From Isurus oxyrinchus (lineage: Eukaryota): DNA of 64,000 bases. The notes under the pieces were generated by a model. The model worked only from the letters and a program-made list of their open reading frames with translations, was not told the origin of the DNA and ran no database searches. Where the stretch lies: positions 7,316,001 to 7,380,000 of the forward strand of contig JANJGN010000034.1 in assembly GCA_026770705.1 (NCBI GenBank), given 5' to 3'. The position numbers and the translations under genes are program-made. Of this stretch, positions 15,401 through 30,400 are shown one piece after another; within the stretch, counting starts at the first letter, position 1, and each line of letters opens with the position of its first letter.

Positions 15401-18400
15401 ATATTTTAAGAAACAGAACTACAAAGGTTACAAATATTCAGTCAAAAATCAGTGGGTAACTCCGAGCGACAGTGATCTCATTATGGTAGAACTTTGTATT
15501 GGGCAGAAGCATAAAAATGTTGTTATTTGATTGACTGCAGTAATTTCCGTCAATGCTAAAGTCCAATGGCTGCAATGGATCTGAATATTGGGCAGGATGT
15601 GATACGGTAACTGGCAATGAAAATAATTTGTCTTAATATCGATTTCCTTCGTCTAAGGAAAGTCTCCACAAATGACTTAAAGCAGCAAAAGTGTGACTGC
15701 ACATCTCAGATGGAGCAATTAGGAAACATTGTCAAAATCTTGTTCAACAAGAATTATCTGTTTGACCATCTGAAAGAAGCAGGGCGAAAGTGGAGAATTT
15801 TAGGGAAGGCATTCTAAAGCTTGGACCCTAGGGACCTGAAGGGTCTACCAACAATATTGCAGCCATGATTTTTTTGGATAGCTGCAGTACAAATTGGAAG
15901 ATTGAGAAATCGTAAGGACGTTAAATGATTGGGGTGGTGTGCGTGTGTTTGTTGCAGGGTGGCTGGTGACCTCTGAGAGAGTTGAATATGACAATCACAG
16001 GCAATGTCGGGCACTACACTACAGATCAGTAAGCACAAAGGCACATATGTGAAAAGGACTTGTGCTTTTGGATAAGAAAGCAATTTTGGCTGTGATAGGC
16101 CTCACGATGTGAAAGGCTGGCCAGCAAATAGGGTCGAATTTCACCACAATTCAAGCCCCACTGTGAATGACTAATATAACGTAATTGGCCTAATTTAGTT
16201 TCTCCAGAATAATGCACACAATCACAGATTCCAAATCTTATGGACTCATTAGCACTGTGAGCGTGGAAGAAGGGCATTTAACCGATTCTGATCTCTTTGG
16301 CTGGCAAGGAGCCTTACGGCGTAAGTGAATTTTCCAGCTCTAGGAATAAAGACTCATGATTTCCAATACTTCAAGTGGGCATGCGAGGAATTCTTTAAAA
16401 TGTTAGAAGTGTTTCTGCCTCTGCCATTCCTTCAAACATTGGCTTCCAGTTCCCCAACAACCTTTAAGTGGAAGAATTTCCCCTAATATTTCTTAATCTG
16501 AATTTATGCCCCATGGTTGTGGATGGCTGAAATGTGGTAAATAGACCCGTTGTATCCACTTTACTTGGACGTTAAATAATTTTAGGCACTTTACTTAGGC
16601 CTCGCTTAGCCTCTTCTGTTCCAAAATAAAGATCGATAGCCTAGACACTCCCTGCTAATTACTAAACTTTTCCAGTCCAATTATCTGGTATCTTCAAAAC
16701 CTGTCAGAAGGTCTGGGAAACTCTTGCACTTTAATTACACACCTCGGTTTATTATTTATCAGAAATACCAACGGCCGTTTGACTGGCAACCTAAAATCAT
16801 GCAATCGGTGAACAAAGAGTCATGTAGCTTTCCGATTGGCTTGACAAAGATAGGGAGGTTAATGTAGAGAGGCACGACTATAGAAACGCCAGATGAATAA
16901 AGGCGGGAGCGTGAGGCATGGATGTGTTAGGCCAGTGATGCAATACAATGAACTGTGCAAAGTTCCAGGCAACATAATATAAAAATAACACAGACATACT
17001 GAGAAAGTTATAAATAAAAATGGAATTAAAATAAAAGTCTTGCATTTATACTTCACTTGTCACATCTACCTGATGCCTTAAAGTGTATTTTTTAATGCCA
17101 GTAGAGCACACATTTCAAAGGTAGAACCAGAAGTAAAATGGTACAAATATTATGAACGTCAGTACAGACTGAGATTTTTTTCTCTGGAAACCCAGTTCCT
17201 GACAGGTGAGCTGATCAAGGTTTTTAGAATGATGAATTACCTGAAAAGAGAGACTTATAGAAATTTGCTCCTGGTCTCATGGAGACTAAATCCTGGGGTC
17301 ATCAATATAAGATGAACTTTACAAATGTAACAAATAATTGGGTCGAATATTATCCAACCAAATACTGGTGAAAATGTGGAAGGCGGTAGTTCAGTATTAC
17401 TACAAATACAGTTACAATAAATTATCCAATATTATTATAAGGGATTAATCAATACGACGAAATTAATGAATTAATATGAACAGCCATTTATTGGCTAAAC
17501 TCAAATTCGTGCTTGACTAATTGGATATTTTGATGTTGTATATGATATGCATTTCACATATATTATTACATTAGACAACAAGTATTGAGGCAATGCTGCT
17601 GAGAGCATAACTGCACTGGGTAGGGGGCGCAATGAGAATGGCGCTCATCGCATTCCGACTCAGCAGCTGCATGGAGAGTTAGTGTCTGGTACAATATACC
17701 ATGGCCAGCTGTACAAGAGCTGGAAAGAAATGCCTAAGAAAAATCTGAATTGTTGTGGCCTAAAGCCTAATGAGCTGCAAAACCAGCGTCAGAAGCAACT
17801 CCTCAGAGACCGCTGACTTGCAGAGCTTCTGACAATTTTGAAGAAGATCGATGTTAACGTCTTACTGTTGCTGGTGAACAATGTCGTAGAGCAGCATTTG
17901 TCCACACCACATCATATGAGTTCCAAATCCCAAAGGTGACTGTGAGGCAAGGCTGGGACTACATTGTCATATCCTTTTTCAGTTTGGACATTTATCGTCT
18001 TCGGGAACTAGAAGGAAAACCATCACCATCATTATCATAATTATCATTATCCGTAAAGTGCTAATATTTGCAACCTTAGTGGGAATTAATATAGTGTCGC
18101 AGATCGTAGGTGTATTTAAGAGGAGGTTCCATAGATGCATGTGAGCAGAACAGAAAGAAAATCTTACAAATAGGATAATATGTATTCAGTTGATAGATGG
18201 CTCTTCTCTTTCATAAATAACAGCATCAACAGTTAGAGCGAATGGTCTGTTCGTCCTCTGTAAATTCCATGTTTGCATTAAATCTCACGTAATAACTCAA
18301 ACAACTGTTTGTATTGCTCCTTCCAAGTCTCAGTGATTGTGTTCCGTCATTCTTCACACTATATATTTCTTAAATCCTTGTTCATTACAGAAGAAAGCGT

Positions 18401-21400
18401 GAGCACGAAAAACAAAGGTAAGCTAGCCAATATGTTTCAAGTTGATCAACGATTTTTTTTCTACTTATAAAATCTGCACTTCGATCAACCATTCTTATAT
18501 GTGACCTCGTGTAGAGTAATAGAGCCAGTAAGTCAGAGAAGTAGGCTAACTGGAAGGTCGAGCCAGTCGTGGATCTCTAGATTATCGCAACACAGTCAGA
18601 CAATTTCTCCCGCCCTATCCCTGTCACCCTGCAATATCCCTTCTGACGAGTTCTCACCCGATTGCCTTTTTGAAATTGTTCATCGTCTCCGTTCCGCCAA
18701 CATAATGAAGTGCGAGTTCCCGGGAATTATCACTATTATTATACAAGGATTCTGCCTCACATCCCCCCTGCATCACATGAAAAATCTTACATGTGAGTCC
18801 CCGAGTCCTTGCATCATCACCCAATGGGCACAGCTTTACTTTGTCTACCTTATGTAAACCTGTCAAATTCTTGTACATCACTATCAAATCGCCATTCAAT
18901 TTAGTCTGCTCCAAGGAGAACAAACCTAGCTCGTACTGCCTGCCCTCTTAGGTTAATCCCACATCGTTCTGATGCATTACTCTGCAATTTGTCAGAAAAA
19001 AGTCAGGTCCTCCATAAAGTTTGGTGATGAAAATTCTTACGCAATGTTTTAATTATGTTCAAACAAGAGCAATATAAATGTTTCGTATATCTTCCATGCT
19101 TTTGTGCTCAAAGCCTGTATTTCTGAAGCTCCACAACCCCAATGCTTTTATTAGTCTTTGCTCACTGCTTCGCACCATATTCACAAATCTATGTGCATGA
19201 ATCCCATTAGATATCTCTTACCTTGTTCGCTTTTCAGAACTGCTCCATTTAGCTAATGTTGTTTCTCCCTACACATCCTGCCCAAACAGCAACGAAATTC
19301 TTTGTATTAAATCACATTTTCCACATTACTGCCCATTTCGCTGGCCTATCAATCGGGTTATCAGTCTTGTTGCAGTCGATTGACATCAGCCTCACCTTAT
19401 GGAACATTACTGCCTGCCATTCTTAAATCTGAAGGATAAACATCCACCATGACTCGTTGTTTCTTGTCCTCAAACCATTTTAAAAAACGAGTTGGCACAG
19501 ATAAATATATTCTGTGACTCAGTTTATTAACTGGCTTTTGATGTGTTAGTTTCTCCCACGCTGTACTGAGCTCCATGTAGTCAATGCCCGATATTTCCCT
19601 TTGATTATGCTTTCACTCACAGTGGTTGTGGTTTGGTTTTGATCTGTTGTTTGTGGAATCACTTAGCTTTGTCTATTGTACCACGCTTCTGCTGTTTGTC
19701 ATGAAAATTGTCCTGTGTTGTAGCTTCACCAGGTTGCTATCTATTTTTTTACGCCTGCTGCTGCTCCTAACAAGCCTACCTGCACTCTTGATTGCACCAG
19801 AGTTGGTCCCTCTGTTTTATGGCAAGGCTGCAGTGAAGGATATGAGGTTAAAGGTTGTGGCTGAAATTAACGTTGCAGCAGCAGTCCCAGAGTGTCCACT
19901 GTTGTGCTGTCCGGCCCAATCTCTGTCTATTACACTTAGATCTGCGGTTATACAACACAGCATGATGAAGTATATGCTCAGTGTTAATATTGGTTATTGT
20001 CTTCTCAAAACCTTTTCAAAAAACGGAGTAAGGATAAGCACACCGATTATTCGCCATGCTTAACAGTTGAAATTCGTTCGTAGGAAAAGGTTTTGAAACA
20101 ATAAATCAGTACAAAATCAGTTGTCAATTGGGTGAATGTGCGTTAATTATGGAACACAAAAGACGATTTCTGAAGACTGTTCGCTTTAGCGCACATTCTT
20201 GAGTCATTTAATGAGGGAACTGAGAGGATTGATAATGGTAAAATTTTTGATCTGACGTGCAGTGACTTCCACATGGCACTTGATATAATACCGAAAAGAG
20301 GCTTGTCAGCAAATTTATAATGTGTGGAATAAACATTGACAGAATATGGACACAAAATTAGCTGACTGACAGGAAACAAATTAATGTTCTTGTGGATGGA
20401 TGAAGCTTTTAAGTTGGGGTGCCCAGGCCTCGGCATTAGAGCCTTTGCTCTTCCTAAAATAATGTAAGGTAGGCCTTGGTGTACAGGGCAGAATTTAAAA
20501 ATGTTGCCTGATGCGAAACTCGGAAGCATTCTGAGAACATTCAGGAGTATAGGATGGAACTTCAAGAGGACATGGATAGGTTAGTGAAATGGACGGACTA
20601 CTGGTGGATTACTTTTAATTCAGATAATTGTGAAGTGATTCATTTTGGTAGGAAGTACTCGGGATGACAATATCATATGAGAGCGCCTGGCAGCACAGAG
20701 CTTGAGTGTTCTGAGATGGTTGTGCTATCTTGGGTTTGGACGCAGGACCTCGTTAGTAGGCAAACTCTAGACATGTCTTGGTATCTGGTTAACATTTGTT
20801 TATTCGTATTACATCTAGACAGGTTACAGAGTTGGATTGCTGCTCATAGGCATTTAGCCAATTTCTCTCTCGAGTTTCGTGCACATGGTGCCAGTGGAAC
20901 CTCATAATTGGCGTCATTAATTACCATATCCCATCTGTTAACCATGTATACTACCATAAATATTGCTGAAATCGGATGTTGTTGAAATTTTTGATTTGCA
21001 CTCATCATTACAGTCACAAGAATTCCAAATTTCAAATATATACTGCATGAGAGAAGGAAGTTTATTCTATGGAAATTGGGCTATGATTGCCCCAGGGGCC
21101 CCCAAAGTTTTTGTTTAAATTGAGAGAAAATTGAAGTTGACTCCCATTAGTCGTGGTGATGAATTGAGCAATGCGTGAAGTTTTGTTTCCGTGAAACAAA
21201 TGTGCAACTGTTGGGCAATAACGCAGAAACGTAGTGTTCAACACAAAAAAATGTGATTTCGAGATTGGTGATCACATAGTGAATAATCCTGAGTGCACTA
21301 AAAGTAACACTAACAAAACGAATTTGAGCTTATCAGTTGGGCTAGCAAAACTGCACACTTACGCTTGAGTTAAGGAACATGCATCCACAATCTGGGCCCT

Positions 21401-24400
21401 GCCATCTGCAAGCAAAAACGCCATGGCCTGGAAGATTGGCTTGGTGGTCTGGCACGCACCTAAACAGAAAGCACATGAAAGGACCAGTTATGTCTATTAA
21501 ATCCCTATTTGCAAATATTTTACATTGCCTGCGCGGTTTTGAGTTCATACCACTGGCAGAACGGGCAGCCGAACAGCATTTTGTTTTTAATCCACTTATC
21601 AGCTGAGGCTGATAAAACACCTCTGGAACAAAAGCACTTATCATTTTGTTTGTTATTTTTTCTGATGTCCTGTTTCTGAATTTTTGCCTTATTTCCCTTT
21701 GCTTGTCCTAGCTTTCTAAGCTGGATCACCTATAAATTTATGCCGATGTTCTGACAAAATAGATCAGCCTATACAAACCCATGGCGAACATTGTCGTTTT
21801 CAAAAGGTTTTGGCCTTGACAATCCACGGCCATTTGGAATATTGCAACTGTGAATCGCCTGGGAGCGATTCTACTTCCGCTTTCGGGCACACTGACCTAG
21901 CTCTGACGCCAAGCTTGAAATTCACGCCCATATCTGGATTTTTCTGCATTAAAATAAAGTGTAAAATTCTAAAGTGTGTACAGGAGCAGACAGACCTGGT
22001 TGTATGTCTGCATGTGTCACTGATGGTGACAGGGTGGATTGTGAGTAATAAAGCTCACTGCCATCCTACGTTTTATAAATAAGGCCATAGATTAGCCAAG
22101 ATAGCAAGTTATGTTAACTTGTGTAGAAAATATGTTCGGGCCCAAATGGAGTATTGTGTCCAATTCCTGTCACCGCACTTTAGAAACGAGGTGAAGTTCT
22201 CAAAAAGAATGAAGAAAAGTGTCGCAAAAATGGTTCCAGGGATGAGGAACTTCAGTTGCGCAGGTTCATTGGAGAGATTTGAATTGTTTTCAGTGGAAAA
22301 TCGAAGATTGCAAGGAGGGTTGATGAAGATATAAAATCATGATGGCATGATTGTGTAGATCGGGAAAGAGCTGTTCATTTTAGGGGAAGGATCGGGAACA
22401 AAATGGCACAGGTTTAAGTTATTTGGCAAAATCAAGCAATGGAGACATGAGCAAAAGCTTTTTAACGCAGTGAATGGTTGGGATTTGTAATGCACTGCCT
22501 GGGCCTCTGCTGGAAGCAGGTTCAATTCAGTAATCTAGGAAATAGTTGGGTCACTATTTCAAAGGAAGAATATGCAGGGCTTCTTGGAGAATGTGGGAAA
22601 GTGGTACTAGGTCAATTGCTCCTTCTGAGAGGCAGTACACACACGTCGCCCCGAATAGCCTCCTGTGCTGTAAACAATCCATGACTGCGTGGTGGTCATT
22701 CCTACCTATGTTGTCATGGCCAGATGAAGCTGCTTCAGGTAGCCTGAGAGCACATGGTCTATTACACCTGCCATGGGCCGCGTATTCGACCAGTGGTGTC
22801 AGTAGTGATGCTACACTTGATGTTGGTCATTGAAGCCGTCCCTCACCTAGAATGCATTCTATGTGGTTGCCACCCTCAGTGCTTCCTCCAAGTGGTATCT
22901 GGGATGGAGTTCTGATTCAACGCCTGAGGGAGGACCGGAGGTCATAATCAGTCGGACCACGTTTCACGTGATTAATTGAGCCTCCATGTGGTTCGAAGCC
23001 AATGTGCAGGACTCCCATGCAGCTTCCTCCTTACTATAAGTCAGCGGTGGTGATGTTGTTTTCTGGGACATTTGCTCTAAGTGATGATTCCTTGAACATG
23101 ACGATGGCAGGCTATTGTTCAACTGATCTGTAGGAGAGCTCCTCTTTTTTGGCACAACCCTCCGAGAATTATAAGGAGAGCTTTGCAGTGTTGACATGTT
23201 TCCCTGTGCCATGGACGTTTCCTGTGCTTAAGTCGATGCCAGGTGGCCGGTCCAGTTTTATTCCTTTTTGACTTTTCTGTAAATGTTTGTTACGTCCCTG
23301 GCTTGCTAGTCCATTTCAGTAGGCAGTTCAGAATAACTCTGAAGTCACATTTAAGCCAGGGAAAGCATGGGTAGTTCATCTCCTACATAAAAAAACATCA
23401 TTGAACCAAAAGGAATTATGACAGTGAATGATAAATTATTCGCACCACGCTAAGTCTACCTTCCAATTGCGTTTTTTAAAGAAACAGAAACAATGTCGTT
23501 TAGAAGTTGTGACCTCAATGCAATTAATCTGGGTCACTGGTTTACTCCTGCAATGACATCACAACCATGCCTCCATCTCCCACTTAGCAAAAGGAGGAAA
23601 AAGTAAAATGGGTCACATCCAATTATCTAATTAAAGTGAAGTACTGCAGTTGCTGGAAATCTGAAATAAAAATAGGGAATGCTGAAAGAACCCAGCAGGT
23701 CTTACAACATCTGTGGAAAAAGAACTGACTTAATATTTCGAGTCTAAGATGACTCTTGATCAGAACAATTATATTGGATAAGGTCAAATGTTGGCCTGGG
23801 TCAAAGCAAGATGGTGACATCTGCTTTGAATTAGCGCCCAGTTGATCTCCTCAGTGAGAGAGGAGATGGGACATTGATCTAACCACTGATCCAAAGAGTC
23901 AGCCCCATCAATGCATTGCTCTCTCATTAGTGTCCCAGTGATGGTGCGGTACCCGTTCAGGACGAACATTGGGAGTTTCGGTGCAATTGGTGGTTAATGT
24001 CTTCGAAATGAGGCTTGTCACCACAGCGCTGAAGTCAAAAATATTGGATCTAAGGTACAAGGGTATTACAGGCAATAATTCCATTCTGTTGCTCAAGGCG
24101 GATTTCAAAACCAATTTTTAATGCACATCTTGTTTCTGAGATAAATCAGTTGATTTCACTTCTCACCCCATCAAATGTTTAGTCTCAGTGAATTAATGGA
24201 AGTCAGTATTGGGATTCGACCATCGCAGGTGATCAAATTAATCTGGACTATTGCAATTCAATGAACTTTCGCCACCCTATTTCAATTTGGCATGTTGCAA
24301 ACAGACATTATCTAACGTTACCTACATGAAGATTCCCACAATACATGGGTTAAAGTTCCAGACATTCCCATTTATGTAACCGGCATATTTGTTACTTCTG

Positions 24401-27400
24401 CCCTGCGATCCTTCTGCTAACCAACCATGCCACATGTTTTTTTCTTATTCCTTCTCTGTAGACATCCTGAAACTGAAAGAAAACATCAATGATCAAGGTG
24501 AGCGTTAATTGTTCCTCTCCAGATGGTTTACCAGATGTTTTGTGTCTCTACCTTCCACATGTGGCTTCCTCATTTAATCCTGTGTCATCATGATGCAGAA
24601 TCAATCTGAACATTGTTTCAGTTGATTCCCTCATTGTGCAAGCCGATCGCCTGAATGTTAATGTACAATTAACTGATATGGACTTGAATGAGGAGAGATC
24701 GAAAGAAGCAGAAATACTGTGGACAGTTGTTTTGTTTCCCGGAACTCACTCCTCACTTTTCATCTCGTTAACACCAAAAGAAACAACTGTCAGAGGTGTA
24801 ATTTAATGTGGGAGAAAAGTGACTGCGACTGTTTCATGACCCCTTGCTGGGATGAATCTGAGAAATCTGTGAATTCTGTTTGGGATTCAGATTGCACCAT
24901 TGTGCCGTTCAGCACATGCTTAAAAAAAATCACAGCACAATGGATCCGTTTGGACACATATTACTTGCAATGGTTTGCAATTTGATTGCTTATAATTGCA
25001 TTTACACCACACAGAAGCAGGCCATTCGGTCGAAATAAATCAGATCTATCTCCATGCTCCACACGAGTCTTTCCCAACATTCCCATATCAGTTTATTGGA
25101 CCACCCATCGGTTCTTTTCCCCTTAATGCATCAGCTCTCCACCCTTTACATGGACCTCTGTTATTTTCCTCAAATATCCTTCGGGTAGGAAGCTCCACTG
25201 TCTTACCACTCTCTCGGTAAAGAATGTTTACCCTGAATGTTTTATTAGATTTATTAACAACCGTGTTATCTTTATATTGACTAATGGTGAACTCTACGCA
25301 TGTGAAAATAATTTTCAGCGTCAATATTGCCTGCCTGCTTCACAATTTTAGGCACTTTTGTTTTGTCACCCCTCGGTCTCGTGCTTATTGAGAAAAATAT
25401 CCTTTCCTAATATATATAACCTCGTAGTTCTAGTATCAACTTAGGGGGTATTGCTTTCACCTTTTCTGATGCCTCAACATTATTCTGCCTATTTGTTTTT
25501 TTTTGAGACATGGAGGGAGGAACTGCGCAAATGCGTTTTGTATAACCAAGGCATGTGAAGTCCAGCATTGTGCCTCATGGTCCAAATGTGGTTTGAACAA
25601 TCTTTCTCATGACTTTACATTTAATCTTTCTTCAATTTAGTTCTATTGGTGATGATTCGGATAACTTGTGAAATTATCAAATCATTCTCAGGCTACAATG
25701 TAACATTACATTGCCTGAAGTGCGTGAACATGTCCCTGCTGTTCATACAATTGTGAATGTAATGCATTAATCCATCAATATTCCTATTAGAACAAGAAAT
25801 GGCCAAGAAGGACAGAGGTAATGTTATTACCCTTTATACTGGAAAATATTTGTTCCAAATATGTTCTGCTTTTGCTCACGGCCATACAATTGCATTTCAC
25901 ATGGAGAGGTTAATTTGATCCTCCAGATAACTCCTTACGTGTATCTTGTTTTACCACAGTGAAGTGATTGCTGGGGTGTTTATCAGTATCTCAATATTAG
26001 CACCAATGTCGGTTCGCCGATAAAATTACCTGAACATTCTAGTGCATCACTTTCTCGCATGTATGGAGATTATGAAAAGAGACAAGGAACTCAGCAACAA
26101 CGAAGTTATCCTAAATATCCATAAATCAAAATCTGTGATCCACATGGACAAATCACTGGATTTATGAGTGCCACACTTTCATAAGGATTCCATGGAATTG
26201 GGCAGCAAGAAAATGAGATTTAACAGAATGGAACCAGTTGTCTGGAAACTTTAGAGTAGATGAGCTTATTTTGCTTGGAGCATTTTTTGAGGACATTTTT
26301 GAGGACAGTTTTACGAACTTTTTGAAAATTAGAATTAATATTGAAAAATTGCACAGACAGAAACTATTCACATTGAAAATAAGTCGACAACAACAACACT
26401 TTATGGTAATTAGCAAAATGTGGAAGATAGCTTGTTGCTTATTCAGGTACTTCTCAGCTCTGGAATGCACCACCGAAAGAGAGATGGTCGCAGGATCAGT
26501 ACTAGCTGGCAAAAGAGTATTTGGCAGATGCTTTGAGACAAATAATTGGAGGATACAAAGGAATTGATTCCACAGCGTTTTCAAAGAGCTGTCTCAATCA
26601 GGGTGGCTGTAGGAGTAAACATGTTGTTGTGTTGAGCGGCTTTTGTGCTTTTTGCTTCATATTTAATTCCATTGATTAGAAAACTGGGCAGAAAATGTAA
26701 CCCCTGAACAACTCTGTATCGCCCCTTTTGTGCTACTGATGATGTTTTATGTATCTGTATCCAGTTGGAATCACCGAGCGAAGATTTTTCTATGTACCAT
26801 CAGAATAAATTAACACCTCTTTCCTGTTCTCCCACTCCTGCCCCAAGAACTGGAGAAGCTAAGGAAGAAGCTTCAAGATTGTGGTGAGCACAGAAAAAAA
26901 GAAAATCCATTGCTTTGTACTTTGAATATCATTGCATGGAGCGGCGACCTGATCGAGGTGTCCAAGATTATGAGGGGCATGTACATGGTGGATAGGGGGC
27001 AGCTGTTCCCCTTAGTTGAAGGGTCAGTCGGGAGGAGACATAAATACAAGGTGAGGGGCAGGAGGTTTAGGGGGGATGTGAGGAAAATCGTTTTTACCCA
27101 GAGGGTGGTGATGGTCTTGAATGTGCTGACTGGGAGGGTGGTGGAGGCGGGTTGCTTCACATCCCTTAGAAAGCACCTGGATGAGTACTTAGCACGTCAT
27201 AACATACAAGGCTGCGCGCCAAGTGCTGGTAAATCAGATTAGGTAAGTAGATCAGGTGTTGCTCAGGTGTGGGTGCAGACTCGTTGGGCCAAAGATCCTC
27301 TTATGCATTGTGTGTTTCTGTGATTCTGTGATTTATCACACACATGTATCAACTGCGTCATCCCTAAAGCAGTACAGGTGAAATTAAGCACTGTTGCAAG

Positions 27401-30400
27401 GCCTCTCCTCTGGAATCCATTATCTGGTATAAACCCACTCCATATTTAATTCAGTTGACATTAACACAACTCAACATTGTCTGCCAGAATTGATTCTGCT
27501 CAGTTAATGCTTCAGACCACATCGCATTTACACACCGTTAAGCTGACAGTCATCAATACTGAAGTAACAGTAAGGTTTAAGCAAAATAACAAACAAAGAA
27601 ACAAACAACAAACAGCAGAAGCTAAACCGGTTGAGCTATGAGGTGAGATTGAACAGTCGAACCTTATATGCCCTTAATAATAAAAGTTATTTTTTCCCCA
27701 GTGACCCAAATGTGTTTTCCAATTTGATTAGTTCATGGGTAGAGATGTACAGAGGAACTATTTCCTCTGGTTTAGTGTCCAGAACAAGGTCATAACATAA
27801 ATTGAAATACAATCCTTTAATATGTCTGCATACATTTCCCCCGCAAAGCTGTCGTGAAAATCAGGCAGGGTCTCCCCACAAGTTGCGGCGGCAGCAAGTT
27901 CAATACAGAGCTTCAAAACTGAGAGTGATAGATTGCTGTTAGGTTAAGTGAGTTATGTTTTCTTCTGCTAAGGGGGGTAGGTAAAGTTACGACAAAGATC
28001 AGTCATGGTATAATTGAAGAACTGAGCTGCGTATCAGTCTGGCAGCTGCTGGATGGATTACCCAGGTTCCAATATCTTGGAATTGCCATGCCAGCATCGC
28101 AGAACTTGGCCACTGCATCAGCTCATCTGCTGCAGGTGCATTCCTTCCTGTTTTAATCAACCTTAAAATTGACTATTCAGACTCTAAAACAAAAACAGAA
28201 TTACCTGGAAAAACTCAGCAGGTCCGGCAGCATCGGCGGAGAAGAAAGGAGTTGACGTTTCGAGTCCTCATGAGGACTCGAAACGTCAACTCTTTTCTTC
28301 TCCACCGATGCTGCCGGACCTGCTGAGTTTTTCCAGGTAATTCTGTTTTTGTTTTGGATTTCCAGCATCCGCATTTTTTTTGTTTTATTCAAACTCTAGC
28401 CTGGTCTCCCACATTCTACCTTCCATACACCCGGGGTTCCCTAAAACTCGACGACCCAGATCCTAACTGACTCACAGCATCCCAGTAACTTTACTGTGCA
28501 TAAGGAGGCCATTCAGCCCGTCGTATCCGTACTGGCTCTCTAAAAGAGAATTCCACCTAAACCTACTTGCCTGCCTTATCCCTGTAACTTTGCGCACTCT
28601 TTCTTTTCAGCTAGTATTCCAATTCACTTATGGATATTTCAATCGAACCTGCCTGCACCACCCCCTCAGTTGAAGTTGAACCAAGTTCGATTTAATGATC
28701 ACTCCCAGTGATCGTTAACCTATATTTGCTCCCGGTTCAAACAAAGGATCCATTTTGAAATGCTCACCGAAATGCCGCCATGGCCTGTCCTCATCCTATC
28801 CCCCTTATCTCTTTCAGCCACACAATTCTTAAAGATTGGCCTTCTGCCAATTTGTCCTCCTGACACGGACAGATATTAATTGCTGGACCATTGGGAACCA
28901 TGGGCGAAGTTAGCACAGACCAAAGCTGTGACATTCCATCCTAAAAAACTTTCTGACTGACTAAGTTTCATTCATCGTTGAAGACGATTCTTAAAACATA
29001 CCCCTTTGAACAAGAGTTTGCCAATCTGTCTTAATATGTGGTTCCTTCTTGTATTGCCATTGTTAAACACTCTTGTAGAATGTTTATTAATTTAACTGAT
29101 TGTTTACGTACATGTTCTGTTGTTATGATCTAAAGCATCATTCATGTCCATTTTAGAACAAAAACTACTCATAGAAGGAAAAGGTAAAAAGAGAGAATGA
29201 ATTCATTATGACATTTTTTCTTTTTTTCTTGATTACTTTAGTTAATTCCAACTCCCATTATCTGAAATAACTTTACAATCAGGTTTTCGATTGCAGTTAT
29301 CAGGTTTTTCAATCAATCTATAGAAAACGCATGGAGGTCTTTTTGTCCCTGAGCAAGAAGCTGGAGGTTCAAGACTTACTTGAGGATTTGATGCCCACAC
29401 AATATGCGTCCATGGCGTGGCCAAGGAGGTTGGTTAGCAGCCTGTAAATCCCTCCATTCCACTTGATGACAGTCTATAAGAGAAAGAGAGTTTCCTGGTC
29501 GGTCATACTGCATAATGAAAGGGCAAACCACTGCAGTAATTTGTCAACAAAAGCATGGAGCAAGCCAATGGCAACAATCTTCAGCATTGCCTGAGGAGAA
29601 AAGATTGTGTTTACCTCATTTTTGAGTTTCCTATTTTCAGCTCTTCTTCCCTGCCACAATTATATATTAGACTTTCCTTTCATGACATTCCCAGGCGCAA
29701 ACCTGGCTGTGCAACCTTTCCTTCTCTAACTAATTGAAGGAATATTTCACATCATGGAAACTCCCAGCATAGACATTCGGTGATTGGCAGCAGTGAAAAA
29801 TCTGGGCTATCGTGTATTGACCCAATGTGTCCACCTCAACCGGAAGTGGGAGTGACCATTATGACTGCACAATGTTCAGTCCCATTCGCAATGTATCAGA
29901 TCCTGAAGGAGCCCTTGTCCATGGACTGAAAATGTGCAAACTACAATGCTACCACATACATGCCAAAAGAAAAAAACTATAAGACAGAATTGGATTAACT
30001 CCTCTTGACATTCAATGGCTTGTGATCGATGAATCCCTAAATATCAACATCCTGAGGGTTAGCCTTCACCAGAAACAGAAATCGACCAGCCATAAAAATA
30101 CGGTGCCCACTAGGGCAGGTCAGAGGTGGGGAACTGCAGCGAGCAACCAACCTCCTGACTCCCAAAGACAGCTCACCATCCCCAAGACACCAGTCAAGAG
30201 TTTTAAAGAATGTTCTCCTGTTGCCTGGATCAATGCAGCTCCAAGAACGCTCAAAAATGACGATTAATTCCAGGGCAGAGCAGTTTGCTTGGCTGGTACT
30301 GCATTCAACACGTTAAACATTCACTCCCTGCACCAGTGACGCAGTATGACAGCATTGATTCCCACACATAAGACGCACTGCAACAATTCAGCAAGAATTC

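Noticed and set aside
19626-20063. Hydrophobic 145-aa ORF resembling a membrane protein
   Set aside because: Appears to be antisense reading of decayed LINE sequence; no splice signals or family motif.
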